From Trichosphaerium sp. ATCC 40318 (taxonomy: Eukaryota; Protista; Tubulinea), in NCBI GenBank assembly GCA_038496445.1, contig JALMLS010000204.1, forward strand, positions 62,001 to 126,000: a DNA stretch of 64,000 bases. Reading direction: 5' to 3'. Positions 1-13,500 of the stretch are shown here, in pieces; position 1 is the stretch's first letter, and each line of letters starts with the position of its first letter. The position numbers were made by a program, and so were the translations under genes. The notes under the pieces are model-generated. The model saw only the letters and a list, made by a program, of their open reading frames with translations, was not told the DNA's origin and did no database searches.

Positions 1-501
1 TTTTTCACAAACAATTCTGGTTTTTCCCTTCTTTTTTTTATGTAAATCGTTTTGGTGGTTTTGCAACTGACGTACGTTTTCATAGCAAAGTGGTTCTCGC
101 GGACGCCTTCTAAAAAATTGCTGGCTAATATTGTGGCGTCGGATATGTGCTTTACAACTAAAGATCAGCTTATTGTAGCGACAGTAACTGCGACAAAGAG
201 TACTATCCAGGCTGTAGCTTTGAATGGTGCTTTAGAAGAAACCCTGCTGACACTCGGCGGTAAGAAACATATCGCATTGAGTTACGCTAGTAAGAGGCAA
301 GTCCTTTACGCGGTTGTCCAAAACACAGACGAAGTGTATTGTATTCACATGGCAACAAAGGCGGTGCTCAGAATTAAGCTACCAGAGAACTTTAAAACCC
401 TGACCGCTATCGTTACCTTTGGGAATAACGTTTATCTCTTCAGTGGATCTACACTGCTACAATTTGGCCAAGACCCTATCGTGGCCGCTCTGATGCAATG
501 A
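1..501 (+). CDS. 3' part of an unknown protein (possible beta-propeller), gene begins before the window
   Basis: Open frame to TGA at 499-501 with alternating beta-strand-like segments; no ATG start in window. Confidence 0.45.
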
Positions 502-791
502 TTTGGGAGTGGTTATGGGTAAAAACAAAAAGCTGTGTTAGTTGGTACTTTTTAATATAAATAGATTCTATAGTTGTACTCCTTAGCACGTTTAGCTCGT
601 AGCTAGTAAAAACCAGCGTATACTGCACTCAAAAAGTGATTTTTTTCCTTGTTTTGCAAAACAAATGTGCGACAAGTACTACCGCTTTGTAATATGACGT
701 AACAATGCAACCGCGGCTGCGGCCGTTACTTTAAAACTTAGTAAATAAAGTCAGATCAATTCTATTAACCTTATTCGGCTACTCTCGCACC

Positions 792-2443
792 ATGACAGAC
801 ATTGACACGGTCAATACTACCTTAGACGGCCCTATTCGCGATGACCACGAAGACATAGACTTATCGGACAATGCTACCACGTCGAGCTCAGAAGTGACAC
901 CAGACTCTTCAACACCAGCTCTTAAGCCTGCTACTGCAGAAGACGAGCACCACGACTATTTAGTGCGCACTTATCATAAAGTGCGCACCGGTGTCCCACT
1001 AGCGATGTTAATTCACGGTATTATCGCAGTAACCGTTTGTGTCGTTTGTTTCTTTAGTGCGTATTTCCAAACCTATAAAAATGCAGCATTTTAACTCCTT
1101 TCGTTCTAGTTTGGCATTGGGTCAGCACACCTGACGTAAACGTATGTTTTCAACCGCAACAATTTCAAACAAACCCCAAAACTTTTGCTTTATGCTTTGC
1201 CGCCAATAACTGCTTTTTGTTTACACTCATAATAGGGCTCAGTATGGTGGTGGCTCATTCCAATATTTGTATTTATTACAAGCATCTTTTCGCATCAATA
1301 CGTGCGTCGAACTGGTTTTCTAAATCAAATACGCTTTACTGACGCCATACTAAGTTCTTTTTGGATAAAAAATACTTTGAAGGCGTTGTTGGCGTTATAA
1401 TAATCGTAAACGTTGCTGTAGTGCTCTCATGGCAACTACTATTTAGTGCGTATACTAGCAATCAACTAAAACTGCAATTCCAGCCCCTCATGCACTACAC
1501 GTGGTGACCCGAAACGATTTTTTCAAATTCTGTTTTTGTAACTTTTCTCGTATTCTAACCCAATCTTTTTATAGATAGCCATCACCCATGGTTTCTTTAC
1601 ATTAACTTTGCAAGTGCTATGGGATCAACAGTTGCTTATTACATGATCTACAAGAGAGAACAACCAGCAATGGTTTTACTCATGTGTGAGCACTTGTTCT
1701 GGCAAATTAACCTCCTTCTCTTCCTTGTTTGGGCGAACACAGGCCATAAGCACCCATGGTACGCATATTCAATGCGTATTACGTTTCCTTGTCTTACTTT
1801 TTGCAATTAAGGTTCATCTACCCTCTTTTCGTCATGGTTCTTCCAATCGGCCTTGCTCGCTTTTACATTATTGCCAAGGACAGACGTAAATGGGTTTACT
1901 CTGGATTAGCTGGTTTGTGGGTTTGCTTATTGACTTTCTTTGTCTGGGGATTCACTGGATCCAACTGGCCTTGGTTTGTTTTCGTTTGGGCATGTCACAT
2001 TTTTTGTTTTTTTCTTTGTCTTTTAGTCCATGCATTACTAGTGTATTTTTCCGGCATGGTTCCCTTTCGGATGGGTGTGTTCGTGGTGGCTGCACTCGCC
2101 AAACAATGCTGACAATTTCTGTTACCATTTTTTTTGTATTTTTGTTGACATTTTGTTTAGTTCGTTGTAGCGATTGTCTGTGGTGCTCTATTTTGGGTTT
2201 ATAGACACGAAGAGGCTCCTGTAGCTACTGTTGCAGATGATGTCCCAATTGATCGCCAAGCACTTGTTAGTAAGTGACGTACTTTTCTTGAATAGATTGT
2301 CAGTCTATTCCAGGTTTTCACGTTTTTTGTTCGTACTACGAGGTCTCTTACGCGTTTTAGCTGATGACGAAATAAAACAGTCAGAAGATGAGACTTTAGA
2401 ATTGGCTACGCCTTTGTATCCTACAATAGCACCAACTAATTAA
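792..2443 (+). CDS. Multi-pass membrane protein with repeated 2TM-like units, multi-exon
   Basis: Acidic N-terminus then repeats such as INLLLFLVWANTGHKHPW-FIYPLF and LTFFVWGFTGSNWPWFVFVW; short GT-AG introns; stop at 2441-2443. Confidence 0.65.
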
Positions 2444-2806
2444 ATAAGGGCATGTAGGCTAAACCGGTTTTTTGGAAAAACAAACAATAAAGCTGTTTAT
2501 ATGCCTTTTTGCATTATAAATGCTACCAATATACTAGATAAGCGTAGTAAGGTTGACTTCTTAGTGTAATGCGCCATTTTGGTATAGAGTTGTAAATCTT
2601 CACTCCGTATTTGTGCTTCTCTTTGATGATAGCACGGCAGCAAGGAGGGATAGCGGATAAATCAATGGAAAATTGTGGTGTCAACAATTATCCCAAAGTG
2701 AAACTTGATGAATTCGTAGTTTTCGTTCAGTGCACAGCGGACAAAATAATTTATCCCCCTCTTCAAATATTACAAATTACACGCAAGTAAGCAACTCAAC
2801 AGTAAA

Positions 2807-3449
2807 ATGAATCGCGTATTCTTAGTAAATGGACATCAAGTTAGTGGTTTCGCTAAAGGACAAGCAAATAAAACGATTGTAGATGCAGCAAAAGCTCATT
2901 TTGTTTCAAAAGGGTTTAAAATTAAAGAAACATCTATAGAAAACGGGTGGGACGCAAAAGAAGAGGTTGAGAAGTTTTTATGGGCAGATATTATATTTTT
3001 CCAGTCGCCTACGTATTGGATGGGCGTACCTTGGCTGTTTAAGAAGTATATGGATGAGGTTTATAGTGTTGGGCATGGTAAAATGTATACAGGTGATGGT
3101 AGACATAAAGAGACACCTCAAGATGGTTATGGTACTGGTGGTCTCCTAAAAGGGAAGTATATGCTTTCTCTTACATTTAATGCACCTCCTGGTGCCTTTA
3201 AAAGGCCAGAGCAGTACTTGTTTAAGGTATGTTTTGTTCACTTTGTTGATCTTTTTTTTTTCTGATTTTTTTTCTTACTAGGGAGCGAGTGTTGATGATT
3301 TATGGATGCCTTTTCATTGTAATCAAGCGTTTTGTGGTCTAGAGAAAATACCTGAATCTACTTTTGTATGTCATGATGTAATGAAGAACGCTAAAATAGA
3401 AGACAATCTTGTAGAATTTAAACAACACATGGATAAATTTTTTCCATAA
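2807..3449 (+). CDS. mdaB: NAD(P)H:quinone oxidoreductase, MdaB / flavodoxin-2 family (one intron, 3227-3281)
   Basis: EEVEKFLWADIIFFQSPTYWMGVPWLFKKYMDEV, GDGR, YGTGGLLKGKYMLSLTFNAP; exon 2 reads GASVDDLWMPFHCNQAFCGL...FVCHDVMKN. Confidence 0.9.
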
Positions 3450-3482
3450 ATAAAAAACAATATACAATTAATACATCGATAA

Positions 3483-3614
3483 CAAGGTTACTATGTAAAT
3501 AGCAACTGTCACAGAGAGTGGCTAACCTGGTGGAAAAGTGGTATTCAATCTTCAACAGGTACTTATGTCAATGGCAAGCGACAGACAAAGAACACAGTGG
3601 ACAAGCGATTGTAA
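3483..3614 (+). pseudogene. Relic of MORN2-type repeat gene
   Basis: Translates QGYYVNSNCHREWLTWWKSGIQSSTGTYVNGKR, matching the YVNGKxxGxxxxW repeats of the genes at 6312, 31082 and 61072; no start or F-box. Confidence 0.6.
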
Positions 3615-3890
3615 AGTTAGACAATAGACAGTCTAGCTATCGCATTGTATAGCTACATCTGCTGTTACAAATAAATGAAGTATTTTCATGTACAAATTAG
3701 TTTTGTTGATGCAAATACCATCGCTCGAGAGGACTGCAAATCTATAGTTATAATGGTCAGTGGCATAAATCTCTCACTGATTCGCAGCTGAATAAACTCT
3801 AATATTGCTCTTATTATCTTTTGCCAAAAGTATATATGTTTTACAACATCATCAGCAGTATTTCCTTAAGAAACAAAGCCCATTCATTAG

Positions 3891-5396
3891 CTACAGGTAT
3901 GGTATACCTGTGTGATACTGACCCAAAGAGTATTCAATAAAATAGTCTAAGTAATCAACACAATAAGCATGAACACAACCGTTGGCAGTCTCATAATCAT
4001 CAAAAGGAGGACTCCTATCTTTTTCCACAGCATGAAGGCCTTTTAATGATAGAATAGCTTCATCTGTAATTTGGTCACAGTTTTTGAGACCTATTGTATG
4101 AACACCTGATAATGCTTTGACACCTTCATCTGTCACTGAGGTATTGTCAAGATTAATAGCATGGACACCTGCAAGTGCTTTAATACCTTCATCTGTCACT
4201 AAAGTATGAGCAAGATCAATTGCATGGACACCTGCAAGTACTTTGACTCCTTTGTCTGTCACTGATGTACCACTAAGGTGAACAACATGAACACCCGCAA
4301 GTGCTTTGATTCCTTTGTCCGTTACATTTGTGCCTTGAAGAAAAACAGTGTGAGCACCTTTTAATGCTTTGATACCTTCATTTGTCACTGCAGTTCTATC
4401 AAGATAAATAGTATGAACTCCTCCAAGTCCTTTCACACCTTCATCTGCCACAGGAGTATCAGTGAGATTGATAGTATGAACACCCTTTAACGACTTGATA
4501 CCTTCATCAGTAATATTCACACAATTGCCTAGGTCAATAGTATGAACACCTGCGAGTGCTTTGAGTCCGTTATCAGCCACCAATGTGTATGTAAGATCAA
4601 TTTTATGTACACCTTTCAATGCTTTGATACCTTCATCTGTGATTGAAGTACAACGATAAAGACAAATAGAATGTACTCCTGCAAGTGATTTCAGATCACG
4701 ATCGTTAATAACTCCATATTTTACATGGTATAGCTTTGGGTTTCTTTTGAATGAAGTATCAAGGTATCTACAACCAGACAACAATGAATACAAAGTATTA
4801 TTTTGAACATTCATAACAATGACACTGTTGTTCATGATACCATTGTACTGTCTGATCTTTAGAATATCTGGAATATCATAAATGTACACTCTTTGATATC
4901 CAACAACGTCGTGGATGATATCGGCCATCAAACGACATGATTGAGCAACAGCGAATCTTGATTTCGCTTCTGTATGACTTAGAATTGTGGATATTACTTC
5001 TGGTGGGAAATTAATGATGTTAACTACCTTGTGTGGACTCAACTCTGTCCTGTGTTATTGTTAATAAACTCATCTATTACTTTATTGGACGTACTTTCTC
5101 ATTTGCTTGTGTTTTGGAAGCGATATGTCCTCAGGTTGCGTCATGGGCTTGTTGGATGAATCTACTGTAATAGAATTTATTGTGGGCTGTTTTGTTGAGC
5201 TAGAGCCAGTCCCAGTGCTTTTGAAGAGGTATTGGTCGAGTTGTTGTAAAAGGTTCTTGTTTGCAACGTTTAAGATATTTTGAAGTTGGTTTATGAACAC
5301 TTGGCGTTGTTTTGTACTTATTCTACTGAACTCTTCTTTGTGGCTGTTGCGATAGTACCTGACTGCTTGTTCGACCGAAACACCTGGTAGATTCAT
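3891..5396 (-). CDS. F-box-like + short (21/22-aa) LRR protein, copy A (intron 5050-5094)
   Basis: ORFs 5082..5396 and 3891..5042 join in frame via a 45-nt GTACGT...CAG intron; IINFPPEVISTIL F-box-like motif; ~10 GVHTIxLxxTxVTDEGIKAL repeats. Confidence 0.85.
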
Positions 5397-5670
5397 TGTT
5401 TGAAGCGTTTGATTGCTAAAAAGACAATAGAAATCATTGTTAAGCTAGTGTCGTAGGTTGTCCTTTGTTTTCAAGCACCTAATATTCGTGACAAATGCTG
5501 TGTATTCCTGTTCCAATTATACGAGTTTATAAATTTGTTCACTAAGATAGCTTTGCATTGTTCTCTGAATGTAGCTGTAATTTAAGTCTACGTTGACTTA
5601 CAATTATGTTTATTTTTACCATATTCTACTAAGCTTACACTAACTCAGACCTTGTTTACACCTTCGAAAT

Positions 5671-6084
5671 ATGTTCAATATTGTACTTCTTTGTTTGGCT
5701 ACCATATCAGGCTTCTCGCACGGTGTAGTCATCTTCTACTCATTTATTCAAAGTGTTCTCCTTTCGCTCTTTCTTGGTAGTGCCAGCGGGTGTGCTGCGC
5801 TTTGGGCATTGGTATATTTGGCTACGTTGCAGGTTCCATGTTTTTCTGAAATGGCAGTTGGGTACATTATTGGTTCTTTCCCTCTTAGCTTGTTATTAGC
5901 AATACACATAGTTGTTGGTAACCCCAGTTACATACCAAAGTACAACAACTTACACACAACACTGCTTGAAATAGTTGCGGATGGTATGATGCAAGTGATA
6001 TTACCGCTAACTGGTATAATTGGTGCTGTTTTTGGCATGGTGTATTATTTTGTTGTAATAACTATAATGTGGGTACCTGCTTGA
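5671..6084 (+). CDS. Small hydrophobic multi-TM protein, unknown function
   Basis: 137-aa ATG-initiated uninterrupted ORF with ~4 hydrophobic segments. Confidence 0.55.
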   Translation: MFNIVLLCLATISGFSHGVVIFYSFIQSVLLSLFLGSASGCAALWALVYLATLQVPCFSEMAVGYIIGSFPLSLLLAIHIVVGNPSYIPKYNNLHTTLLEIVADGMMQVILPLTGIIGAVFGMVYYFVVITIMWVPA

Positions 6085-6311
6085 CCGCTACTGTAAAAAA
6101 CCTAACATACTGAATAAATGTCTGTGACGTTTTGTTTTACCTTATCTCTGTTCGTGAACGATGCCTAACATCGTAATATTCATATTATTGGCAATGTATG
6201 CGATGTACTTACAACATTTCACTGACCGAATTTCACAAATCACGTGATAAAGAGGAAAACCGTTTACCAAAATAAACGCCAGAAAAAGCATTGCAATTGT
6301 AGTCAGTCGTT

Positions 6312-6815
6312 ATGAATGTAAAAAAAGACCTCAAGGTAGTTCCAAAGTGCTACAAGCACTTACTAGAGTTGCCTCAGGAGCTTCAGTACATGTTATATAT
6401 GTATGACACTGAAATATACCTACTTTGGCCGCTGTTATGCTTACAAACAGCAAAAACCAGTCGTTTTAATGATGATCTAGAGAAACACGGTAAATTTGTT
6501 AAATGGCATTACAATAATGTGCTTGTAAAGAGGTCAGAGTATTTTTATGTAAATGGTAAGAAGCACGGTAATTGTACAAGGTGGTGGGATGAAGGACAAG
6601 TTTTAGAAATATCGCATTTTGTAAATGATAAGAAAGATGGTGTTTGCAAGAAATGGTATGATAATGGACAGCTATGTTTATCAGCAAATTACATCGGAGG
6701 AAAACGTGATGGAGTGTGTATATGGTGGTATAGGGATGGTGTTACAATGAAGCAAATGGTGTTTTCTAATGGAGAGGAGATAAGAAACTACTTAGAACTA
6801 GACGACTATTTGTGA
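6312..6815 (+). CDS. F-box-like + MORN2 (YwqK-like) repeat protein, copy A
   Basis: LLELPQELQYML N-terminal motif; repeats YVNGKKHGNCTRWWDEG, FVNDKKDGVCKKWYDNG. Confidence 0.8.
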   Translation: MNVKKDLKVVPKCYKHLLELPQELQYMLYMYDTEIYLLWPLLCLQTAKTSRFNDDLEKHGKFVKWHYNNVLVKRSEYFYVNGKKHGNCTRWWDEGQVLEISHFVNDKKDGVCKKWYDNGQLCLSANYIGGKRDGVCIWWYRDGVTMKQMVFSNGEEIRNYLELDDYL

Positions 6816-7022
6816 GGTTAGCTATCATTGATATACCCTTGCTGTCAAGCACAACTTGTGTAAGAGTGCCCATTCACATTTTACTTTAGTTGAAGCTCAT
6901 CCACCGGTTCTTCAATAGACTAATATATTCACTTTTAATCGCAAAACAACCTATAACCGATTTACACCATTGCTTGCCTAAAGTAGTAATTTGCTATCTC
7001 CTAGTTCAATAAATTATAACAT

Positions 7023-10000
7023 TTAGGTAAGTGCTACATTAAGCGCTTTTGAGTTTATTGCAGAGTCAAAAACATGTGTAATATCAGAATTATTGATGCC
7101 ATGAATGAATGTATTTTCAGCTGTGTTCTGTAGTTTAGACAAACACAACAATTCTTGCAAGAGTACTTTGAGTCAACAAAGAATTTTATTGCTACTGTAT
7201 CTCTTCATACTGTATTATCAAGTAAGCGAATATTAAAACAAGATAACTCGTACCTTCTTGTGAGTGCAACATTTTTTTTGCACAAACGGTTTTGCTTTCT
7301 TATAAAGCAAATTAATTACGCCACCAACATTGTATATAACTGTAAACATGAACAATATAGCTCCAATCACACCAAATTGTGTAAACGGAGGTTCTTCATA
7401 CTCAGTAAATAGCTCTGAGTTACTTTGTAGGTTGATAGTAAGCCTGCGAAAAAAAAGTTACACACAGTGCTCCAAAACGCTTAATACATACTTTGGAGGT
7501 GGTAATATATATGCGTCTGTATCATTGCAACATGTTTTTGGTTTTCCAATAACACGTGGATTTGCTGCAGTAATACCAAGGTATCCTAAAAGTTTTTAAT
7601 AGAAATTGGATTGAATTGTATGTGGGAGTTAGGGATCATATTACCATCTATAAGCGACTTTCCAGATATGTCCTTGGTACTACGCACAACACCTGTAGCA
7701 GTAATAGATACTTCATGGTCCGCTGATGGCATGTATTTGTCGTTTTCAGCATAAACATGAACAGATATTGAAGTATCTAAAAAATCTTGATAAGCACCAA
7801 GCTGAAACTACAAATAACAAGACAGGTCGTATGTACTATGTTTCTGAATCACTTTTATATCTATTTGAACGTGGTTGTAGAATGCACTACAGCCATGAAG
7901 TATAATACTATCAGCAGATCCATCAACAGTTGCAACAAAGGTAAAACTTAACAAGAGAGTTATTATTTGCATTTTATAGTCACGTGATCGGAAGATACAG
8001 CATCACAAAATTGTTCATTAAGCATATGTGCATGGATTTTGGCTTACCTTGAAGTTGTTTTGTTGAATATACTTGCCTCTATGATGTTGTCTCTTGTATG
8101 TACTACTTCAGGGTTGCAAGCAGGAACAAAGAAAAAAAGATCATGCCTGTATTACACTAAGTCATATCGACCATGGAGGTAAAAATAGATGTACCATTTA
8201 ACTGTAACTTCTATCTTGGCGACACTAGTTAATAAGTAAGTACCACTGACTAGTCCCTATTTTTTTAAAAGTGTCACATACTTTTTTAAGTGTTTGTAGA
8301 AAACATCAATGTCATCGTTTGTGAAAAACGCTTCAGCATTTCTGGATGAGCGTGTACGTTTAGCATTTTGAGATATTGATATGTGCGATTGAGAAAAAGG
8401 TATTGGTTTATACTTAGCAAAAAGTTGAACCTCTGAAACGATAACTAAAACACATAAACCGATCATAGAAATAGTTATCAAACCACCAACAATATCACCT
8501 TGCCAAGTGTGAGGTTTGTCTTTATGCCACACTATTTGCTTGTTTATATCAAGGATGTGTATAGTTCTAATAAACCAACAATCTTTGTATCCACAGAATG
8601 TCAGGATAACCGCCACAATGCTTATGAAAGCGATGAATATGCATAGAATTAAGAGGAAGCTAAACAAAAGAGGAGAATGTGGTGTTGTAATACCATTAAG
8701 AAACTGTTGTTGTAATGACTCAACAATAGTCTGTTCAAAAGGATAAAATGATGATGGTATAGCTGTCACATTGGGTAAAGTTTCATACAAGCGTGTACCA
8801 CCTCTACAAGCTTGATTTTTGTCACATGGTAAACAAGTTGAAGATCCAACATTTGGTTGCCAAGTTCCAGGATTACATAACAGGCAAATGTCAATACCAG
8901 GCTTACTCTTGAATGTCCCAGGAGGACATTGTATTTTCTTGCCTTTATCTGCATATGTAGTACCCTCTGGAAGGTTCAAGTCCCATGATGTGAGTACATA
9001 ATCGTTGTCATAGAAGTAAAGTTTATCATTAGCTATTTGTACCATTACGAATTCATCAGTTGGTGCAAAGACAGTTGGCGAGATTATTTCAGGTTTTGTG
9101 GTAAAAATATTAGTATCTACTCTTACTATTACTCTAGGTGATTCTGAATCGTCTGTCATGTTTTGTATATAATATAAACACTCTAGATGACCTGGGACAG
9201 CTGTACCACAACTACCAACAGAAAAAGATTGGTGAAAGTTAAGCCTGTGTTCAGGGTGGTAAAGAGCATATCCGTTCGTTGTTATATCATATGCCCACAA
9301 GTTTCCAACTAATACCAGTCTGTTTTGTCGCCTTTCAAAGGAAATCAATACTTCACCATGCATGGCGCTAATGTAAGCAGCTCCACCTATAGGTTTATCT
9401 AAGCCAAGCAGATTTCTGGAGTCAGGTATGTTGGTTATGGCATTGTATATACTTTTCTTATAAGATATCTACAGGTGGTATTAGCAAGCAAAAAATGTAC
9501 AAATGAGGTCACATACACATGCGTTGTTGCCATTCATTATGGCTGTTATTGGAGGACTAGTGGGTCTATAAAAATAAACGTTAAAACTGAAAAAGCTGTG
9601 TGTTATAGGAGATTCTGTCATGTTGTATGTGAGAACCCCTTCTGTAGTTGTGGCAACTATATATTGTTCATTACTTATAACAACACCATTGAAGTGTCCT
9701 TGTATGTTCTAAATAAAATATCAGCAAAGATAAGTCTTATAAAAACAGTTGTACTTGATCGTGTATGGATATAAACGATGTCTTATTAGTCTGCCGGTTG
9801 AATAATGCGATGGTTACATTGTCTAAAATCATTACAGATAATGAACCACTCACTGAAACACCAAGATGGTATAAAGGTACTAGTCTGTCTGCGAGATTAT
9901 ATTCTGAGCATGACTCGCTTTCCATTTTCCTTGGATTGTTATGTTAGTATTCTTTGATACATGCTTAGAAAGTAACTATAGTTCCCAAAAATTTGAAAAC

Positions 10001-10310
10001 AAATCTGCTTTTTTTGCCACCTAGAAATACCTAACCCTACGCGGAAAAACCCTAGAACGATTTGAAGGAAAACCCTATGTAACAGCGTTGCTAGTATTAA
10101 ATAAACGTACCCATAAGACAATACAGGGATGGTATCTAGATAACCAAAGCCTAGAGCATTATATGTTCCATCGCTTGCTATATCAAAAAAGGGACCTAAT
10201 TTACCCTCCACCCTTGATACTATAGAAATTTGTGCAGGGTACGAACACCCAAGGCAAGCGCAAAACATTGTAATAACAATAATTAACGGTGCTGCGTGAT
10301 ATAAAAGCAT
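7023..10310 (-). CDS. Large cell-surface membrane protein with Cys-rich (GCC2/ephrin-receptor-like) repeats, multi-exon
   Basis: Signal-peptide-like N-terminus; QCPPGTFKSKPGIDICLLCNPGTWQPNVGSSTCLPC; TM helices; ends approximate. Confidence 0.6.
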
Positions 10311-10577
10311 TCTTTTTATAACATCTGTCGTTTGTGTAGAGTTGAAGACAAAAAATGACTTTCAGCGACTTCTAACTTTACATTTAATTCTCGCGAGAAA
10401 TGACTTGATACCGAAGTTGACCGATATTGTTTTGTTGAAATTGTCACATCTTTGCACTTGAATAACCTATTTTGACATGAATACGAGTTCTGCAGCCGGA
10501 ACATTCAAGTTTTGTCCACCTTGATGAAATGTTATTTTTATGCAACAATGTTTGACAAAGTACATTACTTTTTATTT

Positions 10578-13500
10578 TTAATTCTGAGCTTTACCAATGT
10601 CCTCCATATCTACAGGTTTTGTTTGCTTCCAAAGGACATAAGATAGTCCAGGTACATTATTTACATGTGACAGATGTGGTTGTAGTTCCATACTATCATC
10701 ACTTGGGTCGTGGAGGTGGAAACCTGCCAATTCATTTTCATCCAACTTATCAACCGTATCACAAGTTGTACGATGATTATAGGAAAAAATATCTTTAAGT
10801 TCCTCTTGTGTGAACTGTTGTTTACCACAACCAGCACTACTCAGTATAGATGAACCTAAAGCCTCTTTACTAAGTTGCCTTTGATAAATCTTTTCATCAA
10901 TGGTTCCTGTTGATAGTATTCTGTACAAAAATACCTTAACGGTAATTAGTTAAAGAGTTGTACGTTCAAAAAAAACGTCACAAATGCTATGATTGATGCC
11001 GTATCCATTACCATAGATGGTAATGGACGTGGCTAGTAAAAAACAACATCAAGGGCTGCACCAGCGCCCCTAGACGTTGTATTCTTACTCCCAATCGTGT
11101 ATTGTTAAGATGAGTAGGAGTAATGGAACGCTAGAGGTTCTAACTTGCGGTAAAATCTTGTGTTGTTCCGTACTGGTTTGGTTTGTCCATCTCTCCACAC
11201 CCGTGCTTGAGCTTGTCTATCATGGACAGGGTTCCAATCAATATCGTAGAGTATCAATCTGTTTGCACCAATCAAGTTGAGACCCTAATACTTGCGTTTT
11301 AGGAGAAAAAAAAAGTGGTATTGCACAAAAGGCGTCACGTACTTGACCGCCTGCTTTTGTTGATAGAAAAAAGATCTTAAAATCTTCATTTGTATTAAAG
11401 CGTTTAACAAGTTTCTGTCTCTTTGCTTTCACTGTTGATCCATCCAACCTACAAGTAAAAGTAAGACCACGCAACAAGAAATGCAAAAAAGTTTTGAATT
11501 GAAGTTTGCTTTGTGCACGTGCCTTAGATGTCCAATATCTTCAGATTTTGTCCATTCTTGTAGTAGATCCAAAGTAGACGTGAAGTGTGATACTAAAATA
11601 TTTGTTAATGTGGACAGCACACAAGAATGTTGATTAGGTTTACCTACTACTGTCCTATCTCCAATACTTATGAAATGTTTTAATAAATGTACAAGCGCTG
11701 CCATCTTTGCTAAGGGAAAATATGAGCAGCTGAGCTTGTTCCAAATAAATTATTGCATACCAGAGTGCTCTGGATCATGACTAAGATCTTCTGGGCTGTT
11801 CTTGGATAATGCGGGGTGATTAGATATTTTCCTAAGCTCCAAAATCCCAGAAAGTGCATCACAAGTTCCTTCAACAAATAAGCAAGATAGGACTTTAAAC
11901 AAAGAAACACATACCATCTGGGTCTGATATAAAGTTTTTGTAAAGCTTTGCTTGTGGTTCTTGGCATTTTACAAATAGAACTGTTGCCACTGAAGTAGCG
12001 TTAGAATGTCAACTTAATTTTTTTGTCAAAAAAAAGGTTTTTACCTCGTGGTGGCAGAAACTCTTCCAGAGCGTTTTGAGTACGCCGTAGAATAAATTTA
12101 TCAATTGTTGTTGTAAGTTCTTTCTCTCTTTTTGCACCCAAATCACGTTGTTCCTGTGTTGCATTCGGTGCTTGACCAGCGACTAATAAAAACTTAGAAG
12201 TTGAAGAAAATGAGATTTGAGGATTTTGCAAGCGCTTCTTGTTGTGTTCTAGTTAGTTTTTTTTGAGCCATACCTATGACCTTTGAGAAAAGGTTTGTAA
12301 ATACTTCTTGGGATACGAGGATTCCAGGATTTACGATATCAACTAGAGTGAAAAACTCTTTGAGATTATTCTGGTAAGGTGTTCCAGAGAGTATAATACG
12401 ACGGTCACAGCGTAAGCTGAGTACCGCTCTTGTTGTTTTTGATTCTTTATTTTTCAATTGGTGACCCTAAACGGAAACCATAAGATGACAAAACCAACTA
12501 GGAAGAATAATTTTGATAAATGGCACTTGTCACGTGTACGAGCGCAATAATAGTTTTCACAGCTCTAGTCACTCGCATATGCAATGAAATCAAAGATAAG
12601 TGAATGATGTTTTTTTTATCGTAAAATGTTATGAACAGTTTTTACCGTAAACTGTTTTAGTAAAATAAAGTACTACAGTAGCACTACCAAAAGAAATATT
12701 GTAGGCCATTAAAAAGTTCGTTTGTTGGTCGCAGGACATAAAATACAGAATATAATGTCTCAAAAAAGAAATTAGTACCTCGTCAGCTATAATTAGTCCA
12801 ATAGGTATACTCTCTATCTGCTTCATGATGCGCAATAGGGTATCATAAGATACCTAAAAGGGGTTTAGAGCTCTACGAGCCACATGCCTTTTAGACCAAG
12901 AGATGTTCGTACAACAAGAACTGGATTTACTGATCCGTGTTTGAAGAAATCTAGACGCTGGCTCACTTCTGTCTTATTCTTTGCATTTAAAAGATTTACT
13001 GGCTGTAATCTCTCGTTTCCTAGCCATTTATTTATCTCATCACACCAATTCTACGTAGACATAAGCAAAAGATTTTTCCTTCTTTTTTCTTCTTTTTTTT
13101 CTTTTTTCGTACCTCCACTAACGAAGCTGGTGCTACAATGAGAACCTTGCGAGCTGTAGGTTGGTGTATAGGTTGTTTTAATAGCGTCCATAACAAAGCA
13201 ATTGATTGTAACGTTTTACCTATCCATAGTAAGCAATATTGTCCTCTATCAGCATTAACTGAGTTGTACCTAAACCCTTAACGATAACTATTAGAATTAA
13301 ATTGCAAGAACAATGCGTACCATTTCGTCTGCTAGAATACAACCAAATCCAGCACATTTATATCCCATAACACAGTCAAACCTATCAACGATTACAAAAG
13401 CAACCAAAAACAAAAACAACTAAGACGTACATGAACTTCACTCCCTCTCTTTGATGTGGTCTCATCTTCCTGTTAAACAATTTAAGCGCATCATAGTCAA

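Noticed and set aside
5082-5396. Separate 104-aa gene
   Set aside because: It is exon 1 of LRR copy A; the same phase-2 intron is present in copy B
3891-6815. Recent endogenous giant-virus insertion
   Set aside because: No viral hallmark genes (capsid, PolB, packaging ATPase) in the window and the family carries host-type introns; an ancient viral origin is not excluded
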